Below are positions 1 to 9,200 of a stretch of 63,449 bases of DNA, piece by piece. The position numbers and the translations under genes are program-made. Below the pieces are notes generated by a model, which was given only the letters and a program-made list of their open reading frames with translations, was not told the DNA's origin and ran no database searches. Within the stretch, counting starts at the first letter, position 1; each line of letters begins with the position of its first letter. Origin of the DNA: a virus (Duplodnaviria; Caudoviricetes). Location: the IMG/VR virus record IMGVR_UViG_3300024279_000009, positions 1 through 63,449 of that record. One strand, written 5' to 3'.

Positions 1-230
1 ACGGCCACGGCTCCGGCTCCGGCGACGGCTACGGCTACGGCGACGGCTACGGCTACGGCGACGGCTACGGCTACGGCGACGGCGACGGCTACGGCTACGG
101 CTACGGCTCCGGCGACGGCTACGGCTACGGCTCCGGCTACGGCGACGGCTCCGGCTACGGCGACGGCGACGGCTACGGCTACGGCTACGGCTACGGCTAC
201 GGCTCCGGCGACGGCTACGGCGACGGCTAT
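1..230 (+). repeat. Coding hexamer tandem repeat GGC-(TAC/GAC/TCC), also at 63305-63449
   Basis: Directly visible at both window ends. Confidence 0.95.
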
Positions 231-569
231 CTTCTCCAAGTGTCGGTCGCAGCGTGGAGCGATTCTCAGCGACATCGCTGGACGGAACTTCAGGCCGACT
301 CATGCACACTTGCTTTTTGGCGATCCGACCAAAGCGGTGAGGCCTGTAATGGTGGAAGTGGGACGCCAGCGAAGATTGGCGACATGCAAACCATCCAAGG
401 GCCATTGGAAATATGCACCCGCCGAGGACTGCACGCGACGATGAAACCAGAAGCATACCAAGGCTCTCGCCTCTGGATTGTAGCGCTTCACGGTGAAGTT
501 CAGTGGAGCGAGGACAAGTGCGCGGCACTCAAGCGCGAGATCATCGGTGAGGTACCGATCAAGCTATGA
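1..569 (+). CDS. 3' part of Gly-X repeat protein, with a C-terminal globular phage domain
   Basis: The frame starting at base 3 is open: GHGSGSGDGYGYG... then the 240..569 ORF (...GLHATMKPEAY...KCAALKREIIGEV), ending TGA at 569. Confidence 0.8.
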   Translation, partial: GHGSGSGDGYGYGDGYGYGDGYGYGDGDGYGYGYGSGDGYGYGSGYGDGSGYGDGDGYGYGYGYGYGSGDGYGDGYLLQVSVAAWSDSQRHRWTELQADSCTLAFWRSDQSGEACNGGSGTPAKIGDMQTIQGPLEICTRRGLHATMKPEAYQGSRLWIVALHGEVQWSEDKCAALKREIIGEVPIKL

Positions 570-597
570 ACTACGATCCGGCAGATTGCGAGGCGGC

Positions 598-804
598 ATG
601 ACAATCGCTCAGATCCGTTCGACGCCCACTAGCCTGTCTCGTGAGTATCTTCAGGACCCGTGCCACGACGCCAAGGCGTTCCATGAGTCTCTACTGCGAT
701 CCTTTCACGTGGTCGAGAAGGTAAAGACTATGCTTCGTCGCGGGGACTCTCAAGCGACGATCTTGGAAGTGATCGAGGAGATTGAACGGAGAGAAGTTTC
801 ATGA
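598..804 (+). CDS. Hypothetical protein
   Basis: MTIAQIRST... ORF ending in an ATGA overlap with the next gene. Confidence 0.6.
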   Translation: MTIAQIRSTPTSLSREYLQDPCHDAKAFHESLLRSFHVVEKVKTMLRRGDSQATILEVIEEIERREVS

Positions 805-1316
805 CCTACATCGGCATCGACCCGGGCATCACTGGCGCTGTCGCCGTCTTCAATGAGGGAAGGCGCTTCGTGGATTTCTTCGACTGCCCGTCTTACGAGG
901 AAAAGACTAAGACCGGGATTCGCAGAAGGATGAACGTTCCGGCTTGTCACAAACTGCTCCGCGAGATCAAGGGGCAATGGATCGAAAGGCTAGACGAGTC
1001 GCTCCTGACGATCGAGAAGGTTCACGCGATGGTAAAGAACGGCAGCGTCCCTTCATTTGGTCTTGGCTATAACTATGGCGTGTGGGTTGGCTTGATTGAA
1101 TCTAGCGGCATTCCGTACAGGTTCGTCAGTCCGCAGGCTTGGAAGAAGTTCATGCTCCCTGGAGAAGCGAAGGACAAGGACTCCAGTCGGATCGTAGCGT
1201 GCCGAACCTTCCCGTGCGCGGCGAAAGAATTGACACTAAAGAAGCATCATGGAAGGTCAGACGCACTTCTGATCGGAGAATACGGAAGGCGTCTACCAAA
1301 TGTTCCAGCAGAATAA
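801..1316 (+). CDS. RuvC-like Holliday junction resolvase
   Basis: Motifs YIGIDPGITGAVA, IEKVH, SFGLG, VSPQAWKK and HGRSDALLI of phage RuvC-like resolvases. Confidence 0.9.
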   Translation: MTYIGIDPGITGAVAVFNEGRRFVDFFDCPSYEEKTKTGIRRRMNVPACHKLLREIKGQWIERLDESLLTIEKVHAMVKNGSVPSFGLGYNYGVWVGLIESSGIPYRFVSPQAWKKFMLPGEAKDKDSSRIVACRTFPCAAKELTLKKHHGRSDALLIGEYGRRLPNVPAE

Positions 1317-1346
1317 CGGCCTACTACTCGGTCCGGGAGAAAAGCA

Positions 1347-2150
1347 ATGAACGACCCAACCCTCGTAAAGCCTTCCCTGTCTCTGTACGACCGGGAACAG
1401 GAATGGAAGCAACTCGAAGAATTGCTCGCCTCTGACGCTGAGCAGGTCGCCGGGGACCAAGAGTTAGTCGCGCTGGTCGAGAAGCAATTCCTAGCCCTCC
1501 AGGACAAGCGTGACTCATTCTGTGCTTTCCTCGCCTGGTTGGAAGGGCAGCAAGCCATCGGTGAAGTGGAGATCAAGCGGCTGACGGAGCGAGTCAAACG
1601 AATCGCGGCCGCACAGAAGCGCCTTGAAGGATTGGCGGTCAATACCATTCGCAGCCTGGGGCAAGACGACAAGGGCAAGTGGAAGAAACTGGAAGGACGA
1701 ACGTCCACCTTGCAACTCAACCGCAATCCAGCAAGCGTCGAAGTGACAGACGAAGCCCTGGTGCCGTTGGAGTTCAAGACTTGTACGGTAACTGTCACTG
1801 TGCCGGCGAAGCAGCAATCTCATGTGATTGGGTTGCTGACGGCTGGCGGGTACACGCTGGCGAAGGATGCGGAAATCAAGGTGGCTGCGAAGCCGCTGGC
1901 CGAGGCGTTGAAGCAAATGATCCCATGCGCTACTTGTGGACAGTTGGGAGTGATCCAACGAGACGAAAACGGCCCGTGCCTCTGCATGGTGCCGCCAGTG
2001 GCCGATGGCCTTCCTGGGGAAAAGCGACACGTCGAGTCATGCCCGCAGTCCATCATCGTCTGCTCCGACTGCTCCGGAGCCAAGCAGCTCCCTAGAAAGG
2101 TTCCAGGAGCACAGCTTGTCACAGACAAGGTGCGCCTCGTTCGGAAGTAG
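1347..2150 (+). CDS. Siphovirus Gp157-like protein with a Cys-rich insertion
   Basis: Coiled coil (EIKRLTER), NPASVEVTDEALVPLEF and terminal VPGAQLV motifs; GGAG ribosome-binding site. Confidence 0.75.
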   Translation: MNDPTLVKPSLSLYDREQEWKQLEELLASDAEQVAGDQELVALVEKQFLALQDKRDSFCAFLAWLEGQQAIGEVEIKRLTERVKRIAAAQKRLEGLAVNTIRSLGQDDKGKWKKLEGRTSTLQLNRNPASVEVTDEALVPLEFKTCTVTVTVPAKQQSHVIGLLTAGGYTLAKDAEIKVAAKPLAEALKQMIPCATCGQLGVIQRDENGPCLCMVPPVADGLPGEKRHVESCPQSIIVCSDCSGAKQLPRKVPGAQLVTDKVRLVRK

Positions 2151-2342
2151 GATATGATTAGCAGAATCCTTGACGGTATTGAGTTGGCTCCAGCTTCATA
2201 CCTGGGGCCGAAGAACACGCGCCAGAGCACCACGCTGCGATCTCAGCAATCTCTGCTTGACTCTGGCGCGTTTCTCTGCAATACTGGCCACGCTGAGATC
2301 ATAGTAGCGTGGATCATTGGTACACCCACACTCCACAATTTC

Positions 2343-2623
2343 AGCCGGATGCTCAGAGGCAGCGTGTACGCTTTACGGGCTTGCTGGGATGCGCATGACA
2401 AGCTGAAGTCATCAGCCCATAGCGCGAGTGAGCGCAGGACGAAAGCTCACAGAAACCAGACAGGCTGGGCCTCTTCCGGGTTCGTTACGGGCCAGCGGGA
2501 AACCGCTATAGCCGACGCCGGAAGGAATCCACGCGGGTTCGCTCCAAACCCAAGGTTGAAGGAGCGTGCGAAAAGCGACGGTTCGGCTCCGTCCGAAACA
2601 AAGCAATCGCATCAAGACCGGCT
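2343..2623 (+). ncRNA. Candidate large structured non-coding RNA
   Basis: Closing helix AGCCGGATGC / GCATC-aaga-CCGGCT plus several internal hairpins; upstream TTGACT-17-AATACT at 2257-2285. Confidence 0.45.
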
Positions 2624-2666
2624 CAGGTCTTGTTGCGTCTGCTTGGGTTCTCACCATCCGAAACCT

Positions 2667-2768
2667 ATGGATACCAGGGAGCAAGAAGAACGGCGCGAAG
2701 ATCAAGAGATGCTAGCGAAGTTGCGCGAAGAACTTGAACGCGGCCAACGGAAAAACGAGGGAAGGTAA
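2667..2768 (+). CDS. Small charged hypothetical protein (33 aa)
   Basis: MDTREQEERREDQEMLAKL... ends 5 nt before the next gene. Confidence 0.45.
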   Translation: MDTREQEERREDQEMLAKLREELERGQRKNEGR

Positions 2769-2773
2769 GGTCC

Positions 2774-4009
2774 ATGTCTACCAATTCATCAGCACTGGCT
2801 GTAGTAGAGCGACCGAGCCGTGGCGCAGTAATCGACCTGCTGGACACCGCGCTGGATTCAACGAAAGCGGTCGCCCAGGTTCAGTACGTCCAGCGCATCA
2901 TGGCCGACGTGATGAAGGACGGGGAGCATTATGGAGTGATCCCAGGAACCGGCGCGGCGCGGAAGTGCGACTGCAACAAGAACCCTCAGTGCGACAAGTG
3001 CCACGGCTCCGGGGAGCTTGGGCCGAAAAAGACGTTACTGAAGGCCGGCGCGGAGAAACTGTGCTACGTCTTCCGGCTGGCGCCGCAGTTTGAGATCGTG
3101 CGATCGGTCGAGGAAGAGAAGTTCATCCTGTTCGACATTCGGTGCTTGCTGATCCACACCCCTAGCGGCCAGGTGGTCGGTACCGGGATGGGGTCGTGCT
3201 CAAGCCGCGAGGAAAAGTACGGCTGGCGGAAGGGCGCTAGGAATTGCCCAGAATGCGGCAAGGCTGGCAGCATCATCCGCGGCAAGCCAGAATACGCCCC
3301 CAAGGACCGCCAGAAGCGCGTCCTGGAAGGATTCACCAAGGGCGGCTGGATGTGCTGGAAAAAGAAGGACGGCTGCGGGGCTACATTTCAAGACGAAGAT
3401 CCCGCGATCACAGGGCAGTCGGTCGAGAGAGTTCCCACGGAGAACATCTGGGAGCAGCACAACACCATGTTCAAGATGGCCCAGAAGCGGGCGCTGATCG
3501 CGGCCACGCTGGTCACGACGGCCTGTAGTGACATCTTCACGCAAGATTTGGACGATACGTTGCCGGATAGCGCGCCGCCGACCGCAACGCACGAGGAACA
3601 GCCCCCCAAGCAGCCCCCGCCGCCGCAAGCCAAGAAGGGACCACTTCCAGAAGCCGAGCCTTGGGTCGAGCAAGGCACCGGGGTAGCCCATGCCGCATTC
3701 TCGGACATCGAGGCCGGCGCTGTCCCTAAGCCTCTACGGGTGGTCATGCTGGCCTACAATAACCTCCTGACGGTTTGCTCCGCAGAAGAGGCCGCACAGG
3801 TCCCGGAAACGTACTTCGTTGACAAGGGCGGCAATTCCTACGACTGGGAGCAAATCCTCAAGACGACGAACGAGAAGTGGCTTGCCGCATTCCGGGACAA
3901 GGTAGTACCAGCGATGGAGAAGCGGATCGCCGCGCTGGAAGCGTCCCATCGCACGGTTAGCGAGATCATGGGCGAGAGGCCCGTGACGGAACAGGAGCCA
4001 GTCAAGTGA
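2774..4009 (+). CDS. Putative single-strand annealing recombinase (RecT/Rad52-like) with Zn-finger insertions
   Basis: HYGVIPGT, TLLKAGAEKL, GMGSCSSRE, NTMFKMAQKRAL and SDIFTQDL motifs; lies next to the Gp157-like and resolvase genes. Confidence 0.65.
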   Translation: MSTNSSALAVVERPSRGAVIDLLDTALDSTKAVAQVQYVQRIMADVMKDGEHYGVIPGTGAARKCDCNKNPQCDKCHGSGELGPKKTLLKAGAEKLCYVFRLAPQFEIVRSVEEEKFILFDIRCLLIHTPSGQVVGTGMGSCSSREEKYGWRKGARNCPECGKAGSIIRGKPEYAPKDRQKRVLEGFTKGGWMCWKKKDGCGATFQDEDPAITGQSVERVPTENIWEQHNTMFKMAQKRALIAATLVTTACSDIFTQDLDDTLPDSAPPTATHEEQPPKQPPPPQAKKGPLPEAEPWVEQGTGVAHAAFSDIEAGAVPKPLRVVMLAYNNLLTVCSAEEAAQVPETYFVDKGGNSYDWEQILKTTNEKWLAAFRDKVVPAMEKRIAALEASHRTVSEIMGERPVTEQEPVK

Positions 4010-4353
4010 AACTCACCATCTTCATCTGCTTCGTCTTGCTGGTCTTGGGGGGCATGTTGAAGGTTCAGTATGCCCAGGAACAGATTGACGCGATGATCCA
4101 AAGCCAGGGCGCGGAGATGCGCTGGTACAAGAACAAGGCTGCGGCTGCCGGTCTAGTCTGCTCCTGTGACGGATCATGGAGTAATTTCACCGGCCTTCAG
4201 TCGGGGCGCATGTTCATCGCCGGGCAGGAAGTCTCCAAGGAAGAGTGGCGCGAGTTCATGGTGTCTCGCGGTCGGGTCCGCACCACCGGGAACTGCTCTC
4301 CGGCCATCACTGGCTCTGGAAACACCGTAACTCTTTCATCGGACTGCAAATGA
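4006..4353 (+). CDS. Membrane-anchored or secreted hypothetical protein
   Basis: Hydrophobic N-terminus MKLTIFICFVLLVLGGML..QYA-Q. Confidence 0.6.
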   Translation: MKLTIFICFVLLVLGGMLKVQYAQEQIDAMIQSQGAEMRWYKNKAAAAGLVCSCDGSWSNFTGLQSGRMFIAGQEVSKEEWREFMVSRGRVRTTGNCSPAITGSGNTVTLSSDCK

Positions 4354-4568
4354 CGACCCCAAGCCAAGCCGCCTGCAACATCCTTCGAGAGTGCGCCAAT
4401 GTCATAGAGGAGGCGACACCGAAGAAAATAAGTCTCACGGAACTAGAGCACATACTACGAGATTATGGTCCTCACGCTACTACGACCGTCGTATCGCACC
4501 GCTCGGATATCGTTCGCAAGTTGCGCGAGATGGCCGACCGCGAAGAACGCGAGGATCTTTCTCGATGA
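4350..4568 (+). CDS. Hypothetical protein
   Basis: ATGA overlaps at both ends. Confidence 0.6.
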   Translation: MTTPSQAACNILRECANVIEEATPKKISLTELEHILRDYGPHATTTVVSHRSDIVRKLREMADREEREDLSR

Positions 4569-5263
4569 CCGCCGAACAAGTAACGATGGCCGTTGACCGC
4601 CTGCGCTACCTGGAAGCGGCGGCTCTGTCTGCCCTGAAGATCGGCGTGAAGTACAGCATCATCGAGACTCGTATTCAACGAGCCTTGTTGCAGATCGCAG
4701 AAGACAAGGGCGACTCCTGGACGGCCTGGCGCTACGGGATTCACAGAAATTCAATAGGGCTCGGCGTCCTGGAGGGTCTGCCGCCCGCGGTACGCCAAGC
4801 AGCCCGTTGCATGAAGGCCGTGCGGCCGATCCGAGCGATCAAGTTGGACCTTTACGAAGAGAACCTGGACGTGAACGTGGAGACAGGGCCAAACGGGACG
4901 AATGGCGAAGCCCTCCACTTCCCTGGTGCCGAAGCGAAGGCTCTCCGGCTGTTCCGGGATCCGAAGTCAGTCACAGACGTTTGGCTGAGCTTCCAGATCA
5001 AGACGCAGGCCGACAGCGCGAACACGGCATTCTCGGCCGGCAAGTTTGGCGACGAGGTTCGGATCACAGCCAAGGGGCAGCCGGAGCTGCCAGGCACGGA
5101 AGAACCCGAGCCGAAGCAGCCTGACCTGGAGTTTCCCGAGGTCGAGGCGCAGCCCAAGAAGAAGCGCGGGCCGAAGAAGGCACCGAAGGCCAGCAAGAAG
5201 AAGGCGCGCACGATCCCTCGGCAACTGGGCCAGATCCGGCGCAAGAAGGACAAGAAGAAGTAG
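4565..5263 (+). CDS. Hypothetical protein with Lys-rich C-terminal tail
   Basis: ATGA-coupled start; ends PKKKRGPKKAPKASKKK...RRKKDKKK. Confidence 0.65.
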   Translation: MTAEQVTMAVDRLRYLEAAALSALKIGVKYSIIETRIQRALLQIAEDKGDSWTAWRYGIHRNSIGLGVLEGLPPAVRQAARCMKAVRPIRAIKLDLYEENLDVNVETGPNGTNGEALHFPGAEAKALRLFRDPKSVTDVWLSFQIKTQADSANTAFSAGKFGDEVRITAKGQPELPGTEEPEPKQPDLEFPEVEAQPKKKRGPKKAPKASKKKARTIPRQLGQIRRKKDKKK

Positions 5264-5267
5264 GATT

Positions 5268-6431
5268 ATGGAGGCGTTCACATTGAGGCCATATCAGCAG
5301 GAAGCTGTTGACCGGGGCGTCCAGTTTATGAAGAGGGACTCGACGCTCCACGGCCTTATGGTGCTTCCTACTGGTTCTGGTAAATCTCTCGTGATAGCCA
5401 ACATCATCAAGGAGTTACAGGCTCCCTGTCTTGTGTTCCAGCCGTCACGCGAGATACTCTTGCAGAACTTCGACAAGCTTGTGGCGTATGGGTATCGTCC
5501 CGGGATCTACTCGGCATCGCTAGGAGAGAAGCGGATTAGGGGAGTCACGCTGGCCACCATCGGCAGCGTGGTGCGTAAGCCTTCCGACTTCGCGCACGTG
5601 AAGTACGTGATTGTAGATGAGGCGCATCTCGTAAATCCAAAGGAGGGCATGTACGCATCGTTCCTTGCGGCTCTCCAGCAACAAGGCGTCCGCATCATTG
5701 GATTGACGGCCACGCCGTACCGCTTAGCCTCGAATATGTCCGGGTCTATCCTGCGGTTTTTGACTCGCACCAATCCGCGCGTATTCTCGCAGTTGATCTA
5801 CTACGTTCAAAACCGACACCTATTCGATGCAGGATACTTGGCGAAACTGGAGTACTTCAAGATCAAGGGTTTTGACCGCTCGCGCCTTCAGACTAACTCG
5901 ACCGGGGCAGATTACACCGATGAGTCCGTCAAGATTCACTTCCGCGAGTTGGACTTCGCCGGCAAGCTTCAAAGAGTAGTGGAGAGGCTGCTGGAGATCA
6001 AGCGCCGCGGAGTCCTGGTCTTTACGAGATTTGTAGAGGAGAGCGAGCACCTAGCATCGAAGGTTCCTGGCGCCGTGATGGTGTCGGCGCAGACGCCATC
6101 CCATGAACGCACGCGAATCCTGAACGACTACAAAGCCGGCCGCATTCCCGTGGTCTGCAATGTCGGTGTGTTGACGGTCGGCTTCGACTACCCTGAGTTG
6201 GATACCGTGGTTCTGGCGCGCCCAACGAAATCACTGGCGCTCTATTACCAAATGGTAGGAAGGTGCGTGCGGCCGCATCCGACTAAACCCCACGCGATGG
6301 TGGTGGACATGGTAGGTCTCCAGGAGCAATACGGGAAGGTGGAGGACCTGCGGATCGTGGAAGTTGGCAGGAAGGCATTGCCGCACATAGCCTCTAACGG
6401 CCGGCAACTGACGAACGTATACTTATGTTAG
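5268..6431 (+). CDS. Superfamily II DEAH helicase (RadD/YejH-like)
   Basis: LRPYQ, PTGSGKS, VDEAH, GLTATP, GFDYP and QMVGR motifs. Confidence 0.95.
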   Translation: MEAFTLRPYQQEAVDRGVQFMKRDSTLHGLMVLPTGSGKSLVIANIIKELQAPCLVFQPSREILLQNFDKLVAYGYRPGIYSASLGEKRIRGVTLATIGSVVRKPSDFAHVKYVIVDEAHLVNPKEGMYASFLAALQQQGVRIIGLTATPYRLASNMSGSILRFLTRTNPRVFSQLIYYVQNRHLFDAGYLAKLEYFKIKGFDRSRLQTNSTGADYTDESVKIHFRELDFAGKLQRVVERLLEIKRRGVLVFTRFVEESEHLASKVPGAVMVSAQTPSHERTRILNDYKAGRIPVVCNVGVLTVGFDYPELDTVVLARPTKSLALYYQMVGRCVRPHPTKPHAMVVDMVGLQEQYGKVEDLRIVEVGRKALPHIASNGRQLTNVYLC

Positions 6432-6748
6432 ATATGGCCGCCACCTTCCGCCGCAAGCAAACCCCTCTCCGGGAACCAGAGCCAGAGCCGGCGCGGGTAA
6501 CATGCGTCCCAGAGGTGCGAGTCAACGGGCATCGGCTTCGCATCCTGGGGCGCTTGCAGTTCGCAGTGCAGAGCGCGACGAACAAAGAAGACTGGTACTG
6601 CGTGGATCTTGAGCCGGAAGGGAAACTGATCCCAGGCTGCGACTGCATCGGGTATCGGGTGCATGGACATTGCTGGCATCTGGCGCACGTGGTAGAGTTT
6701 CTTGACGAGCATCCAGAGGTAGACTTGAGACGTTCTGGTTCTGAGTAG
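6425..6748 (+). CDS. SWIM-type zinc-finger protein
   Basis: CDC-x8-CWH (CxC..CxH) motif. Confidence 0.7.
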   Translation: MLDMAATFRRKQTPLREPEPEPARVTCVPEVRVNGHRLRILGRLQFAVQSATNKEDWYCVDLEPEGKLIPGCDCIGYRVHGHCWHLAHVVEFLDEHPEVDLRRSGSE

Positions 6749-6855
6749 GGTGGTCTGGCGTAGCGCGTAAAAAACGCAGCCGGGGAAAGGCCCAGCGGGG
6801 GAACGCCTGTGAATGGTAGGGGCCTAGGAGTCATAGGAAACCCCGCCCACCCTGC
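6745..6855 (+). ncRNA. Candidate multi-arm structured RNA
   Basis: Terminal stem GTAGGGTGG/CCACCCTGC enclosing four hairpins; intergenic. Confidence 0.45.
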
Positions 6856-6909
6856 TGAGAATCAGACATTGTGCTGCTCGGAGCTAACGTGGATTCGGAG
6901 GTGAAGGTG

Positions 6910-7371
6910 ATGCACCAGAATCAGTTACAGCCGGTGGGTAACAAGTTCCATGTCGGCAATGGAGATGACGGTAAGCATTACTGGCTGACTCCTCCTGAGT
7001 TGTACGCTTCATTAGACGCCGAGTTCAATTTTGACTTCGATCCCTGTCCCTATCCATTGCCATCTGGATTTGACGGTCTGTCTTGCGAATGGGGAAATCG
7101 GAACTATGTGAACCCTCCGTTTGGATCCATCATCCACGAGGGACGAAAGAAAGGTCCGACAGCCTGGGTGCGGAAATCTATCGAGGAGTCACACAAAGGG
7201 AAGTTGGTAGTGTTGGTCTATCCGGTGGACAAGTGGGTGCTGATGATTCTAGAGGCCATCGGGACGCAAGTACGTAACCTCGGTGATGTGCGTTGGCATT
7301 CAATCGAGGATGGCAAGCCGGGAAATGGCACAGGTAGGCACATCGCGTGCTTCATCCTGCATCCCTGGTGA
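6910..7371 (+). CDS. Phage DNA N6-adenine methyltransferase (lambdoid Dam-like)
   Basis: WLTPPELY, FDFDPCP, DGLSCEW and YVNPPF motifs. Confidence 0.85.
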   Translation: MHQNQLQPVGNKFHVGNGDDGKHYWLTPPELYASLDAEFNFDFDPCPYPLPSGFDGLSCEWGNRNYVNPPFGSIIHEGRKKGPTAWVRKSIEESHKGKLVVLVYPVDKWVLMILEAIGTQVRNLGDVRWHSIEDGKPGNGTGRHIACFILHPW

Positions 7372-7421
7372 CGACGGTCCCTCTGCTGGTTGGGCGAAGG
7401 CCAGCCTAAGGAAAGGGTGAA

Positions 7422-7667
7422 GTGATGACCAGAGGTAGAATTGCAGTTGAGCAGGACAATGGCGCTACTGATGCCGCTAACACTCCGTACTTCAAAGTCT
7501 CAAGCAGAGGGTTTGTTAGTCTTCAGCCTTCGGATCACTTGATGCTATCGCTTCAGGATCTTTGCGATCTGCAAGAAATCCTGTGCGACATGAGAATCAA
7601 TGTGCCAGTGGTTCACGATCACGGTTGCGATTGCGACGGCTGTGTTGCTGATGCTCTTGGAATCTAA
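7422..7667 (+). CDS. Hypothetical protein
   Basis: ORF with purine-rich leader; C-terminal HDHGCDCDGC. Confidence 0.55.
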   Translation: MMTRGRIAVEQDNGATDAANTPYFKVSSRGFVSLQPSDHLMLSLQDLCDLQEILCDMRINVPVVHDHGCDCDGCVADALGI

Positions 7668-7712
7668 CCCCTAGCTCCCCTCTGGAGCGTGGGCGCGAGG
7701 TGAAGGAGAAGC

Positions 7713-7919
7713 GTGAAAAAAGAAAAGTTCACTGATGAAGGCGGTATCGTTCTTGACCTAGCAACCATGGTTTCGGAACTAGAGAAGCGCCTCGGAGAGT
7801 TCCGTTGGCGCAATCGCAAGGCGGTAGGCGCTTGGATTCCATTGAACATGAAATGGCCAGTGGGGACTCGCGTCAATGTGACTGTTGAGCGCATCAAGGA
7901 CGTAACGGGCGCGAGGTGA
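7713..7919 (+). CDS. Hypothetical protein
   Basis: AGGAG ribosome-binding site, GTG start. Confidence 0.6.
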   Translation: MKKEKFTDEGGIVLDLATMVSELEKRLGEFRWRNRKAVGAWIPLNMKWPVGTRVNVTVERIKDVTGAR

Positions 7920-7922
7920 AAG

Positions 7923-8258
7923 GTGGGGATGATGGCGAAGGAGAATTGCTGGTTGTGCGGATTGCCGATCTTGGCGCATGGTCCTGATCTGTTGAAGACT
8001 TCTCGGGATCACGTAGTTCCTAAGTCGGCTCGTGGATACCTGCGCTACCTGCTCGTGAAAGAACACAAGAGAGCCGGGGCTAAGAGCAACCTGCGTCCAG
8101 CTCACAGGTGGTGTAACTCTCGCCGTGGGGATAGAGAAGTCACCGAAGAGTTGCGTTCAGACATCAGAGAATTGGTAATGAGCAAATTTCCAGATTACTG
8201 GAACCAGTATCGCAAGGCCCAACCCCCACCCAAAGGAAGGACTGAGCCGGCGCATTAA
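7923..8258 (+). CDS. HNH endonuclease
   Basis: CWLCG...SRDHVVPKS...NLRPAHRWCNSRRGD. Confidence 0.9.
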   Translation: MGMMAKENCWLCGLPILAHGPDLLKTSRDHVVPKSARGYLRYLLVKEHKRAGAKSNLRPAHRWCNSRRGDREVTEELRSDIRELVMSKFPDYWNQYRKAQPPPKGRTEPAH

Positions 8259-8313
8259 TCGTTGATCGGCTCTATCTGTTCTGTGCTAGCCTATGCCAAG
8301 GAGGAACGACCGA

Positions 8314-8727
8314 ATGAAAAGACATAATCGAGTGGCTCTGCCCGTTTTACTAATAGTAACTTTACTTTTGAGTTCTGCTTGCTCTCAGGTGGACGTTACC
8401 AAGGCAGCACAGATCGTTAAGGACGCCTCAATCACATTAAAGGCCGTCCAGGACGCCGAAATCGCCTTGCACAACGCCGGGAGTATCTCGACCGACGAAC
8501 ACAAAGCTATTCAGGCAGGCATCGCCAAGGCTGCTACCGCGCTGTCTGTGGCTAATGACGCCGTGCTTCACGCCAAGGATGCCGCAACCGCCAAGCAAGC
8601 TGTCGCCGTCGCTGCCCAGGCTGGAACCGATCTAGTCAACAGCCTCAACCTCATCAAGAACCCGACCGCCAAGGCTGGCCTGCAAGCCGCTGTGGTGGGC
8701 TTACAGGCGATTCTCGCCGCAATCTAA
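8314..8727 (+). CDS. Ala-rich helical lipoprotein (spanin-like or lysis accessory, inferred)
   Basis: AGGAGG ribosome-binding site; basic N-terminus, hydrophobic core and LLLSSA-C lipobox-like site; upstream of the endolysin. Confidence 0.65.
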   Translation: MKRHNRVALPVLLIVTLLLSSACSQVDVTKAAQIVKDASITLKAVQDAEIALHNAGSISTDEHKAIQAGIAKAATALSVANDAVLHAKDAATAKQAVAVAAQAGTDLVNSLNLIKNPTAKAGLQAAVVGLQAILAAI

Positions 8728-8736
8728 GGAGCAACC

Positions 8737-8916
8737 ATGAACTGGCTACAACTAGCCCTCACCATTGAACAGCAAATCCCCGGCTTGATCGCCGCCGCCA
8801 AAGCCATCCGCGAGAACCACGGTCAGCTAGCCAAGCCGATTCAGGAATACCACGACGAAGCCGCCGCAATTTTGGCGCAGATCCAAGCAACCGCCGCAAA
8901 GGAGCAAGGACAATGA
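8737..8916 (+). CDS. Small amphipathic protein (59 aa; absent from the ORF track)
   Basis: AGGAG site; MNWLQLALTIEQQIPGLIAAAKAIRE...; ATGA overlap with the next gene. Confidence 0.7.
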   Translation: MNWLQLALTIEQQIPGLIAAAKAIRENHGQLAKPIQEYHDEAAAILAQIQATAAKEQGQ

Positions 8917-9200
8917 GAATCGAGACTGAAGCAGTACGCCAGTCCTTTGGCGTGTACTTGTTGCTGAGCGATGTTTTCGGACCAGGAGGAGGCCCTCAGG
9001 TGCACGATCCGCTGAACGAAGCCAACACAGTCTCAAAGGCTCTTGGAGATGCCCCAGAATGGTGGATGCCATTCGAGCGCCACTCAGGAGACGATCCTTC
9101 AGCTCCAATACTGGGATATGTCTACTATCCGACGGCTTTGGTTGTTCAGCGATTCCCTCAGGTGGCCGACCGGCGTAAGTCCCAGCGCCGCAAGTCCTGA
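8913..9200 (+). CDS. Hypothetical protein
   Basis: Translationally coupled at both ends. Confidence 0.6.
   Translation: MRIETEAVRQSFGVYLLLSDVFGPGGGPQVHDPLNEANTVSKALGDAPEWWMPFERHSGDDPSAPILGYVYYPTALVVQRFPQVADRRKSQRRKS

Noticed and set aside
1-230. Terminal repeats as a CRISPR array, telomere or direct terminal repeat
   Set aside because: The units are codon-phased hexamers inside one reading frame with no spacers; the position reflects an assembly break.
2400-2450. Hammerhead ribozyme (CTGA...GAAA)
   Set aside because: The sequence is CTGAAGT rather than CTGANGA, and the three-stem geometry is not met.
2154-2768. 204-aa ORF as a real protein
   Set aside because: No recognisable motifs, and it overlaps a promoter and dense hairpins; only the last 33 codons look coding.
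6745-6855. tRNA gene
   Set aside because: No T-loop consensus, no 7-nt anticodon loop in position, no 3' CCA.
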